Virus record (IMG/VR): IMGVR_UViG_3300037245_001177
Coordinates: 1-50,063 of that record
Strand: one strand, 5' to 3'
Origin: a virus
Lineage: Duplodnaviria; Caudoviricetes
DNA: 50,063 bases
How positions within the stretch are numbered: position 1 is the stretch's first letter; every line of letters starts with the position of its first letter. Both the position numbers and the translations under genes were made by a program. Positions 19,885-27,646 of the stretch are shown piece by piece. The notes under the pieces are model-generated. The model had not been told where the DNA came from and did not search any database. It worked only from the letters and a program-made list of their open reading frames with translations.

Positions 19885-20781
19885 TTAGCACTGCAACCCT
19901 TTAAAAATATGCTTAATAACCTCAACAGTCCAACCATTACCAAGCATTTTAAACCTATGAGAGTTCGCTACTCCACTTGTATAATTGTCTGGTACGGTTT
20001 GTAACCTCTCGCACTCAATAGGTGTGTATTTATGTATTTCCTTTAAGTCATTCACGCAATAGGTAGGTTTTTGTCCTTTAGCCATATTTGCAGTCAAACA
20101 ACTTGCTTTTCCTTTTGCATTAAAAAACGCATCTAATCTTGTTTTATCTCCCCATTTATTAAGCATCCAACCAGCATAGTTTTTATTAAACTCAGCATCT
20201 TCTTCTAATATATCATAAACACATTGCTTATTTTCAACCTCTATTTTATCAATAGGTATATTTGTCCAATACAATCTAGGTCTGTTATGTGCAGATAAAA
20301 CTTTAGAGTTTATTAATATTGGCTCAACGCCGATCGCTTTACTTATAACCTCTTGCCACTTTTTACTCATTTTTACATTCTCTAATAAAAAATATTTTGG
20401 GTTGGTTTCTTTTAGTACTCGTATAAATTCCCAAAACAAATAACTTTCACCTTTAAATTCAAATCCGTTATTTTTTAAGTCAAGGTAATGCTTTAAGGTA
20501 AGTATTTCAACATCGTTTTCACTTTTCATACCTATCATAGTTCCTGCAAAACTAAAATTTTGGCAACTACTACCTCCAATCAATAATCCTATTTTGTGAT
20601 TACCACTGTATTTTATTTTCGTAATATCACCTATTTGCCTTGTGTTTGGGTAGTTTTTCATTGTTACCCTCATTGCATTTTCATCAATCTCGCTTGCGAA
20701 ATAGTTATCTACTTTAATTCCTAATTGGTCGAGTGCTATTTGTCCGCAGCTCATACCATCAAATAAACTTAGTACATTCAT
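19885..20781 (-). CDS. DNA (cytosine-5) methyltransferase
   Basis: Motif I LSLFDGMSCG, IV GGSSCQNFS, VI LLENV, VIII RPRLYW, IX-X ECERLQT...LGNGW. Confidence 0.92.
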   Translation of the reverse strand: MNVLSLFDGMSCGQIALDQLGIKVDNYFASEIDENAMRVTMKNYPNTRQIGDITKIKYSGNHKIGLLIGGSSCQNFSFAGTMIGMKSENDVEILTLKHYLDLKNNGFEFKGESYLFWEFIRVLKETNPKYFLLENVKMSKKWQEVISKAIGVEPILINSKVLSAHNRPRLYWTNIPIDKIEVENKQCVYDILEEDAEFNKNYAGWMLNKWGDKTRLDAFFNAKGKASCLTANMAKGQKPTYCVNDLKEIHKYTPIECERLQTVPDNYTSGVANSHRFKMLGNGWTVEVIKHIFKGLQC

Positions 20782-20861
20782 TTCCTTATATTTTAAATTT
20801 TCAATTTAATTTCCTTTCTTAAAAAATTTATACCTCTTATGCTCTATAAAGTTCTAAAAAA

Positions 20862-21152
20862 TTACCGTTTAAGTAACCAGTCGTGATATTCCTCGAACCC
20901 TAATCTATAACTTAAAAGTAAATATGTACTTGAACCAATACTAGAAGTTTGTTTTATATCTTCTATTCTACTTTCTAATTCTAAGTTCATTTCTTTTTTT
21001 GTCGGCAACTTTAGAGAACTCTGCGCATAATTGATTTTAGCTTCAAGCCATTCTACATAATCTTCAGTATAAGCTATTTCTTTACCCTCAGACCAAATAA
21101 ATACATCTAATCCTGTTTCTCCTCTAAATTCTTTTTTTAATTTTAAGTCCAT
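20862..21152 (-). CDS. Hypothetical protein, in-frame fusion across an array core
   Basis: Q44-SSL is encoded by CAG AGT TCT CTA across the core at 21017-21020. Confidence 0.7.
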   Translation of the reverse strand: MDLKLKKEFRGETGLDVFIWSEGKEIAYTEDYVEWLEAKINYAQSSLKLPTKKEMNLELESRIEDIKQTSSIGSSTYLLLSYRLGFEEYHDWLLKR

Positions 21153-21202
21153 AATTTATTTAATTTATTGTTAATCTATTCTAAAAACAATCATTCACTG
21201 TA

Positions 21203-21315
21203 AGTTGGTAGTGAGTTGGGCAGGCTTTCTATATAAACAGTAACTGTTGTTTAATTCTTTAGTTTACCCTCATTTATTTATCAAGTAATATATCTCCCAA
21301 AGCCCACAACCAACT
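21203..21315. repeat. Non-coding array element A5 (113 bp)
   Basis: AGTTGGTAGTG...CACAACCAACT inverted ends; internal CCTCA. Confidence 0.8.
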
Positions 21316-21335
21316 CTCAATAAAAGTATAACTTA

Positions 21336-21518
21336 CTATCGTTTTTTATAATAATACTCTTTTGCTTCATCTTCTTTATCAAAGTGTAAAACTGTTTCCC
21401 TTCTATAACACATATTTAATTCACCATCAAATACGCCTATATTTTCAATTGTTATTTTTTTTCCTTCTAATTTTAAAGTGGGTTTTTCATTACTCCCACC
21501 CATACAAATTTCTGACAT
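21336..21518 (-). CDS. Hypothetical cassette protein (60 aa)
   Basis: Fits exactly inside segment 21312-21569. Confidence 0.65.
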   Translation of the reverse strand: MSEICMGGSNEKPTLKLEGKKITIENIGVFDGELNMCYRRETVLHFDKEDEAKEYYYKKR

Positions 21519-21565
21519 TTTATTAAGTTTTATAATTATTAATTCGTTATTCTTTTATTGTGTTT

Positions 21566-21675
21566 AGTTGTAATTAATGCTTGTTGTCTTTAACCTCAAC
21601 AAAAACGTGTGATAACCTCAGCTATAATAATGTCAATTAAAGTCTTTTAAGACCCTCAATCACGTAATAACAACT
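21566..21675. repeat. Non-coding array element A6 (110 bp)
   Basis: AGTTGTAATTA...TAATAACAACT; three CCTCA motifs. Confidence 0.8.
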
Positions 21676-21695
21676 CTGTATAACTCACAATACTA

Positions 21696-21845
21696 CTAAT
21701 CGCTTATTAATACACCTGTTATAAGCCCTCCAACCATAAAAAATAAATGAGCTGGGTTTGCTTCAATGTTTAAATATCTGTGTGCTATGAAAGTTGCTAT
21801 ACAAAATCCAATCGTTCCTGCTATTATTTTTATTATTTTTTTCAT
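21696..21845 (-). CDS. Small two-TM membrane protein (49 aa)
   Basis: Read by hand: MKKIIKIIAGTIGFCIATFIAHRYLNIEANPAHLFFMVGGLITGVLISD; fits segment 21672-21897. Confidence 0.65.
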   Translation of the reverse strand: MKKIIKIIAGTIGFCIATFIAHRYLNIEANPAHLFFMVGGLITGVLISD

Positions 21846-21893
21846 ATTTATTTAATTTAGTGTTTATTTAACGTTTCGTGTGTTATACTTGTA

Positions 21894-22007
21894 AGTTGGT
21901 AGTGATATTAGCGTATTAGTTTTAATGTCCTAAGTAATCAGCAATAACCTCAACTGTTGTAATGCTTGTTGTAAGCCTTTTTAGACTACCTAAGACCTCT
22001 ACCAACT
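21894..22007. repeat. Non-coding array element A7 (114 bp), diverged relative of A1/A3
   Basis: Shares AGTTGGTAGTGATATTAGC, TGTCCTAA, AATAACCTCAACT and TACCTAA.ACCTC.ACCAACT with A1. Confidence 0.9.
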
Positions 22008-22038
22008 CCCAATATAATTGATAATTTAAAAACTCCAT

Positions 22039-22362
22039 CTACAACGGTTCAAGGTATATTATTGGTTTACCAATAGATTCAGCATAATTTAATTCACTTC
22101 TTGTAGATTCACCAATATATCCGCCTACATTCAAAATAACAACTTCGTCCGATATATCTATTTTCCTTTTATGTAATTCGTCAAGTATATCTTTAACACC
22201 TTCCTTTTCTGCACCGTGATGATTTTCTCCTTCAAAATAACCATTAGGTAATATATTTATTCCAAGTGTAATAATTCCTTGTTTTTCTAATAACCAACGT
22301 TCAATCATAAAAGTTTGAGCGAATCTTGTTGAGCCACAAAAGCATACTGTTTTAGTTTTCAT
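22039..22362 (-). CDS. Nucleoside deoxyribosyltransferase-like (Rossmannoid) protein
   Basis: CGSTRF, LHKRKIDISD.V.ILNVGGYIGESTRSE..YA...GKPI. Confidence 0.65.
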   Translation of the reverse strand: MKTKTVCFCGSTRFAQTFMIERWLLEKQGIITLGINILPNGYFEGENHHGAEKEGVKDILDELHKRKIDISDEVVILNVGGYIGESTRSELNYAESIGKPIIYLEPL

Positions 22363-22452
22363 CTTTTTATATTTAATTATTAATATTTAATTTTTATCAA
22401 AATTATTTGCTACCACTTTCTTAAATCACCAATCATATAGGTGTTAAGTTAA

Positions 22453-22596
22453 TCAAACATTTAAAAGTTTCTTAAACGGTTTTTCTAATTCTCGAAATAA
22501 GTGTCTTAATGCAATGTTAAGTTCTATAAACGCACCCTGGGTAGTTCCTAATCTTACTAATTGTCTTTGCTCTAAATTGAATAATGGTTTTTTCAT
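22453..22596 (-). CDS. Small hypothetical protein (47 aa) inside array element A8
   Basis: Read by hand (MKKPLFNLEQRQLVRLGTTQGAFIELNIALRHLF...); fits 22447-22618. Confidence 0.6.
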   Translation of the reverse strand: MKKPLFNLEQRQLVRLGTTQGAFIELNIALRHLFRELEKPFKKLLNV

Positions 22597-22635
22597 AATA
22601 TTTAAACGTTAGTTAACTCTGTAAATATTTTATAC

Positions 22636-22890
22636 TTATTTTTTTAATTCTATACTAAACTTTAAAGTGGTTAGGTCATAACCTCTACGCTCAAGTTCAT
22701 CTTTTAAACTTTCAGATCTAAAACAAAACCTCTCTCTTTTTAAAGCCTTTTCTAAATCCCAAAGTAATTGTTCATTAATTATGTTGTGTAAAATCAAAGC
22801 TCCATCACACCTTCTTGGGTATTTGACCACAAAGTCTTTTTGTCTTTTATCGTATATAAGCGATAGTTTGTTTTCGTTATGCTTTGCCAT
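22636..22890 (-). CDS. Hypothetical cassette protein (84 aa)
   Basis: ELERRGYDLTTLKFSI C-terminus; fits segment 22615-22950. Confidence 0.7.
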   Translation of the reverse strand: MAKHNENKLSLIYDKRQKDFVVKYPRRCDGALILHNIINEQLLWDLEKALKRERFCFRSESLKDELERRGYDLTTLKFSIELKK

Positions 22891-22946
22891 TTGTTTTATA
22901 TTTTATAAGTTAATTTTGTGTTTACTCGTACAAATTATTTACTGTA

Positions 22947-23055
22947 AGTTAATCTGTCATTTTTGTTGGTGTAATAACCTCAACGTTTAACGTGTTTAAA
23001 AGGTTATTGTTAATTCTAAAATTAGTGTTTATCCCTCAAAACCGTTCAGTTAACT
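22947..23055. repeat. Non-coding array element A9 (109 bp)
   Basis: AGTTAATCTG...CAGTTAACT; two CCTCA motifs; partial copy at 23662-23705. Confidence 0.85.
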
Positions 23056-23101
23056 CTGTATAACCGGTACAATAAAAAAGCCATCTACACGTGTTATTTC
23101 T

Positions 23102-23425
23102 TTATTTAGTGCTAATTTTTAATTTAAGTCGTAAATTAAGTTCATCTATATCTTCTTTGTAATCGTCATTAAAGAATACGGTGTAATATTTTTTTAAATT
23201 ACCAAGCTCATCTTTTTTAACAAATTTATCTATAATATGAATTACGCTACCTTTTTTAAAATCATCTATTTCTTTATATACTTTAAACTCGTGTTCGATT
23301 GATTCACCAATACTATATATGTATGGGTTCTTTAATATAAAGTTTTCCTCTTTATAATGGTTGTTAATGTGTTCTAAACCTAAAATTTCAGATTCTAATT
23401 CTTCTACTTTTTTTCTATTAAACAT
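23102..23425 (-). CDS. Hypothetical protein
   Basis: ORF track; AT-rich leader. Confidence 0.65.
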   Translation of the reverse strand: MFNRKKVEELESEILGLEHINNHYKEENFILKNPYIYSIGESIEHEFKVYKEIDDFKKGSVIHIIDKFVKKDELGNLKKYYTVFFNDDYKEDIDELNLRLKLKISTK

Positions 23426-23449
23426 AATTTATTTATTTAGTGTTAAAAT

Positions 23450-23608
23450 TTAATTTTTACGCTTTTTCCAAATCCAATCAATATAATATTCACCATCCAT
23501 AAATCTTTTATCCCATAATAAAAAACCTATTAAAGAACTTATTAATCCAATTGCAGCAGCTAATATAGTTGCTATTATTTTTACTAAAAAATTTAATGCT
23601 TTTATCAT
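23450..23608 (-). CDS. Small membrane protein (52 aa)
   Basis: Read by hand (MIKALNFLVKIIATILAAAIGLISSLIGFLLWDKRF...). Confidence 0.6.
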   Translation of the reverse strand: MIKALNFLVKIIATILAAAIGLISSLIGFLLWDKRFMDGEYYIDWIWKKRKN

Positions 23609-23740
23609 TTTTATTTTGTTTAATTGTTAATATTTAAAAATATAATGTTATTGTGTTAGTCGTTAATCTGTCATTTTTGTTGGCGTAATACCCTCATTGT
23701 TTAACCACCTACACCTGTTAAAATGTAGATGGAGTTTTAA

Positions 23741-23995
23741 TTAAATTTTTTCAAATGTTGTCCCGTTTTCAGTCATGATATAACAAGGTGCATCAATTAA
23801 AATTGAATCATCGGTTAATATCACAACAACAACTTTATCAACATATTCATCCCTAATATCAAGGTAATATTTTTGTAATGTTTTTTTCCATTGATCATGT
23901 GTTTGATCGTTCCTTTTAATAAGCTGATAATCTCTTCCCAAAATTGTGTTCATTGGGTTCCCTTCTTTGTTAAATCTTCTTAAAATAAAATTCAT
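23741..23995 (-). CDS. Hypothetical protein
   Basis: C-terminal YIMTENGTTFEKI pattern recalled from phage small proteins. Confidence 0.65.
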   Translation of the reverse strand: MNFILRRFNKEGNPMNTILGRDYQLIKRNDQTHDQWKKTLQKYYLDIRDEYVDKVVVVILTDDSILIDAPCYIMTENGTTFEKI

Positions 23996-24274
23996 AATGT
24001 GTATATATTTATATATTTGCCTACTCTATTAGCTTTTCGGCTTCCGCTTAATATCTTGGTATCACAATTTGTGATGTCATTTTAATTTTTCAAATTAATC
24101 ACCTTCGCTCTTTTTTTATTGCATCGGTTATACTGTTAGTTGGTATTGAGTTTTGTTAGCTTTAATTCATCAATGGTCATAACTTTTGGTTATTACGTTC
24201 ACTAAATAGCAATAAGTTGCTAATTATATGAGTATTTTACTATTAAAAGCAATATGTTGCTCCTACTCCAAAAA

Positions 24275-24502
24275 CTAATACTCTAAATAAATTTTTACAC
24301 CTAATTTCTTACAAATAGCCAATAAAATATCTATTGAATATCCTTGGACCTTTAATTCACCACCTACCTGGAGTATCTTATAAATAGATCCTCGGCTTAA
24401 TTCAGTTTTTTTAGAGAGCTCCACTTTACTTATTTTTTCCTTCAATATTTTTTTAGATATGGAATTCGCAATTTGTTTCCGGTTTTTAATTTCTATTAAC
24501 AT
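24275..24502 (-). CDS. XRE/Cro-type helix-turn-helix regulator
   Basis: ISKVELSKKTELSRGSIYKIL...SIDILLAICKKLGVKI. Confidence 0.8.
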   Translation of the reverse strand: MLIEIKNRKQIANSISKKILKEKISKVELSKKTELSRGSIYKILQVGGELKVQGYSIDILLAICKKLGVKIYLEY

Positions 24503-24505
24503 AAA

Positions 24506-24646
24506 TTAGGATTTTTTAGAATTATTTTTTTTACCGATAAGATCATTGAAATTATTTTCAAATACTTCATCTGCTTTATTTTGGTTCTCAGCTTCAACAA
24601 CTGTATCGTAACTACTCCCAGGTAGTCTATAATAGTATTTATTCAT
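24506..24646 (-). CDS. Small hypothetical protein (46 aa)
   Basis: Read by hand (MNKYYYRLPGSSYDTVVEAENQNKADEVF...); fills the operon gap. Confidence 0.5.
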   Translation of the reverse strand: MNKYYYRLPGSSYDTVVEAENQNKADEVFENNFNDLIGKKNNSKKS

Positions 24647-24648
24647 TT

Positions 24649-24816
24649 CTAGTTTAAAGTTTCCATTAATGGTTCCAAATATTCAACTACATATTTAGCA
24701 TATCTAGTGAAAAATGTTTCACCCTTAAAATTGAATGATGATCTTTTTTTTGACTTGGCCTTATTATAACATTTCTTAAATGTATGGGCCTCGGATGGTG
24801 TGAAGTTTATTTCCAT
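24649..24816 (-). CDS. Hypothetical protein (55 aa, from ATG 24816)
   Basis: Internal ATG avoids overlap with the upstream gene; FNFKGETFFTRYAKYVVEYL. Confidence 0.6.
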   Translation of the reverse strand: MEINFTPSEAHTFKKCYNKAKSKKRSSFNFKGETFFTRYAKYVVEYLEPLMETLN

Positions 24817-24820
24817 AATA

Positions 24821-25135
24821 TTAGTTGTTTCCGTTATATTTAATTTGTGTTTGCCAAAAATAATCTTTTGGACTTGCCCCAAAAACAGAAACACTCTCAC
24901 TTATTATTATTTCTGCATACTCAGGACTTTTAATAATTTCAACTATTTCTTTTTGTGAGATAATTTGACATTTCTTTTCTATTTCATTAATCCTTTGTTT
25001 TGGTATGTCATAGTGATTTTTATGGAACCAGCACCTCTTAATATCGAGTTGTTCAGCCATTAAATGTAAATTCTCAATAGAATAAGGAACACATATTAAA
25101 TGGCGTTTTTTATCGGTTATGTATTTTAATTCCAT
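24821..25135 (-). CDS. DUF4031-like protein
   Basis: LHLMAEQLDIKRCWFHKNHYDI pattern. Confidence 0.55.
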   Translation of the reverse strand: MELKYITDKKRHLICVPYSIENLHLMAEQLDIKRCWFHKNHYDIPKQRINEIEKKCQIISQKEIVEIIKSPEYAEIIISESVSVFGASPKDYFWQTQIKYNGNN

Positions 25136-25137
25136 AA

Positions 25138-25551
25138 TTAAATAGTATTGATATTGATTGCTAAACCTTTTTCAATAAGTCCGAATACATCGAAGTGGTT
25201 TTTAACCAACCTCTCAAATTCCCAATAATTATTAAACATAGGCTTGTATGTTAAGTAATTGAAGTACCTTAAATTTTTACCTAATAATTGTTCAACCCAA
25301 GATGTTCCGTTTTCTTCTGGATTATATTCCAACTCGCATTCTTTTACTAAATCTGATAATGGTCTTAGTATTGGTTTGATTTCAAATATCTGACGTCCTG
25401 ATACTGGATAGGATGGTTTCGTTTGTACTGCAACTTCATCTGCTCCATCATTACATAATCCATACAACTCTTTCGGTTCATCACTATATGAATCCCATAC
25501 CTTCAAAGTGTAAGGCAAATAAGGTGCTAAGTGTTTTAATTCAAGTTTCAT
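25138..25551 (-). CDS. Conserved phage hypothetical protein
   Basis: LKHLAPYLPY...IKPILRPLSDL...HFDVFGLIEKGLAININT. Confidence 0.75.
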   Translation of the reverse strand: MKLELKHLAPYLPYTLKVWDSYSDEPKELYGLCNDGADEVAVQTKPSYPVSGRQIFEIKPILRPLSDLVKECELEYNPEENGTSWVEQLLGKNLRYFNYLTYKPMFNNYWEFERLVKNHFDVFGLIEKGLAININTI

Positions 25552-25586
25552 AATATTGTTTTAATGGTTTAATTAATAATCTTGTA

Positions 25587-25618
25587 CAATATTAATCATA
25601 AATAATTGATTGTGCAAA
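25587..25618 (-). promoter_or_regulatory. Candidate Bacteroidota-type promoter for the leftward operon
   Basis: Minus strand TTTG-N20-TAATATTG (one mismatch to TAnnTTTG). Confidence 0.45.
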
Positions 25619-25851
25619 TTTATATACATAATAATTCAAAGTATTTTGTAAATCCCTTTGTTTATACACCCTACAGAAGAAAATGAAAATAAATTGAAAT
25701 AAATAGCTTGTGTATCATTATAAACACTATCTTAGCAAAGAATTTAAACTATTATACCATTATGACCAACCTACAGAAATACCTTATTGCAGACGCAATT
25801 CTATTTATTACACTATTATTAATCAATTTAATTTAATATTTATATACTATT

Positions 25852-26613
25852 ATGGCACATCGAGAATTATTGGAATTACAGGAAGAAACAAAAAAAATCA
25901 CACAAAGAATTAATCAACTTATTGAAAATTCTAAGAAAATTGAAACACACCCTTTCTATTGCCCTGGATTAGACAATAAGGAACCAAAAGAAACTAAACT
26001 TGAAGTAGGGAAGTGGTATAAAACAAACCACGGTTGCTTATTTAATTATAACGGAAATATAGATAAAGAGAACGACCCTTGTGGTTATGGGTTTAGTATG
26101 AGTGGCAAATGGTTTGAAATAGATAATTCAGACGATGGTGGTTGGGAATCTAATCCAACTCCATCCACCGACCAAGAAGTTGAAGCAGCTTTGATTAAGG
26201 AAGCTAAAAAACGAGGGTTTGAAGAAGCTAAAAATATTAAATCTATTACATTCGAAGGTAAAACTATGGAATTATCTAAGGCTTCTGAATTTCAGTTTAA
26301 AGATGGTGAATTGAGAAGATGGGAACTAAGTGGTGGATATGTTGTTATATTTTACAAAGGCAAATGGGCCACAATCATTGAAGATCAAAAACCTAAGATT
26401 TGTGGGTATGAGATGGAAGAAAAAGAGATGGATGGAATTAAATATGTTAAATTTGGTTGTGAAATTTTTGATACCGGAGATGTAAGAAGATTTTACGATT
26501 CTGCAGTAAAATTAGGAATAAAATCATTTACTATTTTTGGAGCCGGACCATCAGACCAATACGAAATAGGTATTTCAGAATTAAAAGAAGTAGTTGAATA
26601 CTTAATTAAATAA
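25852..26613 (+). CDS. Hypothetical protein
   Basis: 253 aa ORF followed by a terminator. Confidence 0.75.
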   Translation: MAHRELLELQEETKKITQRINQLIENSKKIETHPFYCPGLDNKEPKETKLEVGKWYKTNHGCLFNYNGNIDKENDPCGYGFSMSGKWFEIDNSDDGGWESNPTPSTDQEVEAALIKEAKKRGFEEAKNIKSITFEGKTMELSKASEFQFKDGELRRWELSGGYVVIFYKGKWATIIEDQKPKICGYEMEEKEMDGIKYVKFGCEIFDTGDVRRFYDSAVKLGIKSFTIFGAGPSDQYEIGISELKEVVEYLIK

Positions 26614-26641
26614 ATAGAAAATAACATTTTTACTTTAGACT

Positions 26642-26670
26642 AAAACCATCGCTAATCCGGTGGTTTTTTT
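26642..26670 (+). terminator. Intrinsic terminator
   Basis: AAAACCATCG-ctaatc-CGGTGGTTTTTTT. Confidence 0.8.
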
Positions 26671-27117
26671 ATGAATGATATCTAATACATAAACAATCAA
26701 AATAAGACTCTTTGAATCATTTACCATACATATTGAGCCGAATATTAGGCCTAATCACCTCATAAATACACATATTTAACACTTTGTTAATTATATAACA
26801 TATTTATAGTTTAAATAACACTTTGTTTAAATACATAATTAAATTGATTGTTAAAAATATTTACCCTAACTTTACATAAATTATCCGTAATTACTCTTTT
26901 TCTTATTCGCTTTAGCATTAAAATGGATGTAGCGAATTTTCTTTTTCTGAAAATTAAAGATTATTTACGCAAAGATAAGCACGCAATACGATAGTACTAT
27001 GCTTTTTACTTTCGTAAATCATAAAATACTTCACCCATAAATAATTTCGTACATTTACAATAAATCATAACTTTTTAATATTTTTAATCTCTAAAAAGCG
27101 TAAAAGAACTTTTAATT

Positions 27118-27645
27118 ATGGCAGCTCCTAAAGGAAATGAATACTATAAAATAAGAACCATTGATGGTAAATGTGCAAAGCTAACACCACTAGAACTAAA
27201 GGAAGGTGCAAATAATTATTTTCAATGGTGTATAGATAATCCGCTACAGGAAGAAACAATTGTAAAGTTTAAAGAAACATACGAACGTGTAAACGTCTCA
27301 AAGCTAAGGGTTTATACAATAAGTGGCCTTTGTAACTACCTCGATATATGTGTGAGTACTTTTCAAAACTACGAGCAAAGGAAAGACTATGTACCATTCG
27401 CTACACGTATACGACAAACAATATACAATCAAAAATTTGAGGGTGCCTCTGGTGGATTCTTCAAAGAAAACATTATAATTAGGGACCTGGGGATAAAAGA
27501 CACGCAAGAGATCGCTTATAGCAACCAATTGAAGCAATTGAGCACTCAGGAAGTTAAGCAGCTCAAAGAAGTCTTTAATACGGATTATGGCCAAGTACCT
27601 CAGCAGAAAATAATAGACATTGACTTTGAAGAAATTACAGAATAA
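27118..27645 (+). CDS. terS: Terminase small subunit (P22 gp3-like)
   Basis: MAAPKGN..., YFQWC.DNPL, R.YTISGLC.YL, QKFEGA..G.F..NII.RDLG. Confidence 0.8.
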   Translation: MAAPKGNEYYKIRTIDGKCAKLTPLELKEGANNYFQWCIDNPLQEETIVKFKETYERVNVSKLRVYTISGLCNYLDICVSTFQNYEQRKDYVPFATRIRQTIYNQKFEGASGGFFKENIIIRDLGIKDTQEIAYSNQLKQLSTQEVKQLKEVFNTDYGQVPQQKIIDIDFEEITE

Positions 27646-27646
27646 A

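Larger units (their letters stand above)
18075..24155. mobile_element. Integron-like cassette array: alternating segments with private terminal inverted repeats, joined at AACT/AGTT cores
   Basis: Left cores AACT(CT) at 18226, 19550, 19842, 21017, 21312, 21672, 22004 (AACTCC), 22615, 23052. Right cores AGTT at 18119, 19368, 19735, 20850, 21203, 21566, 21894, 22447, 22947, 24138. Flanking arms pair as inverted repeats. Mobility is inferred, not shown. Confidence 0.7.

Noticed and set aside
18119-24141. CRISPR array
   Set aside because: Units vary from about 110 to 1150 bp, contain genes, and the repeats are segment-specific inverted arms rather than a constant direct repeat. No cas genes.
18119-24141. 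IS/MITE insertions or a shufflon
   Set aside because: No transposase or invertase, no target-site duplications, arms are not shared between segments, and all genes keep one orientation.
26671-27117. Long AT-rich intergenic region with TAACACTTTGTT twice (26777, 26816) and a weak hairpin
   Set aside because: Compatible with ordinary promoter DNA; I could not support a specific RNA or site.
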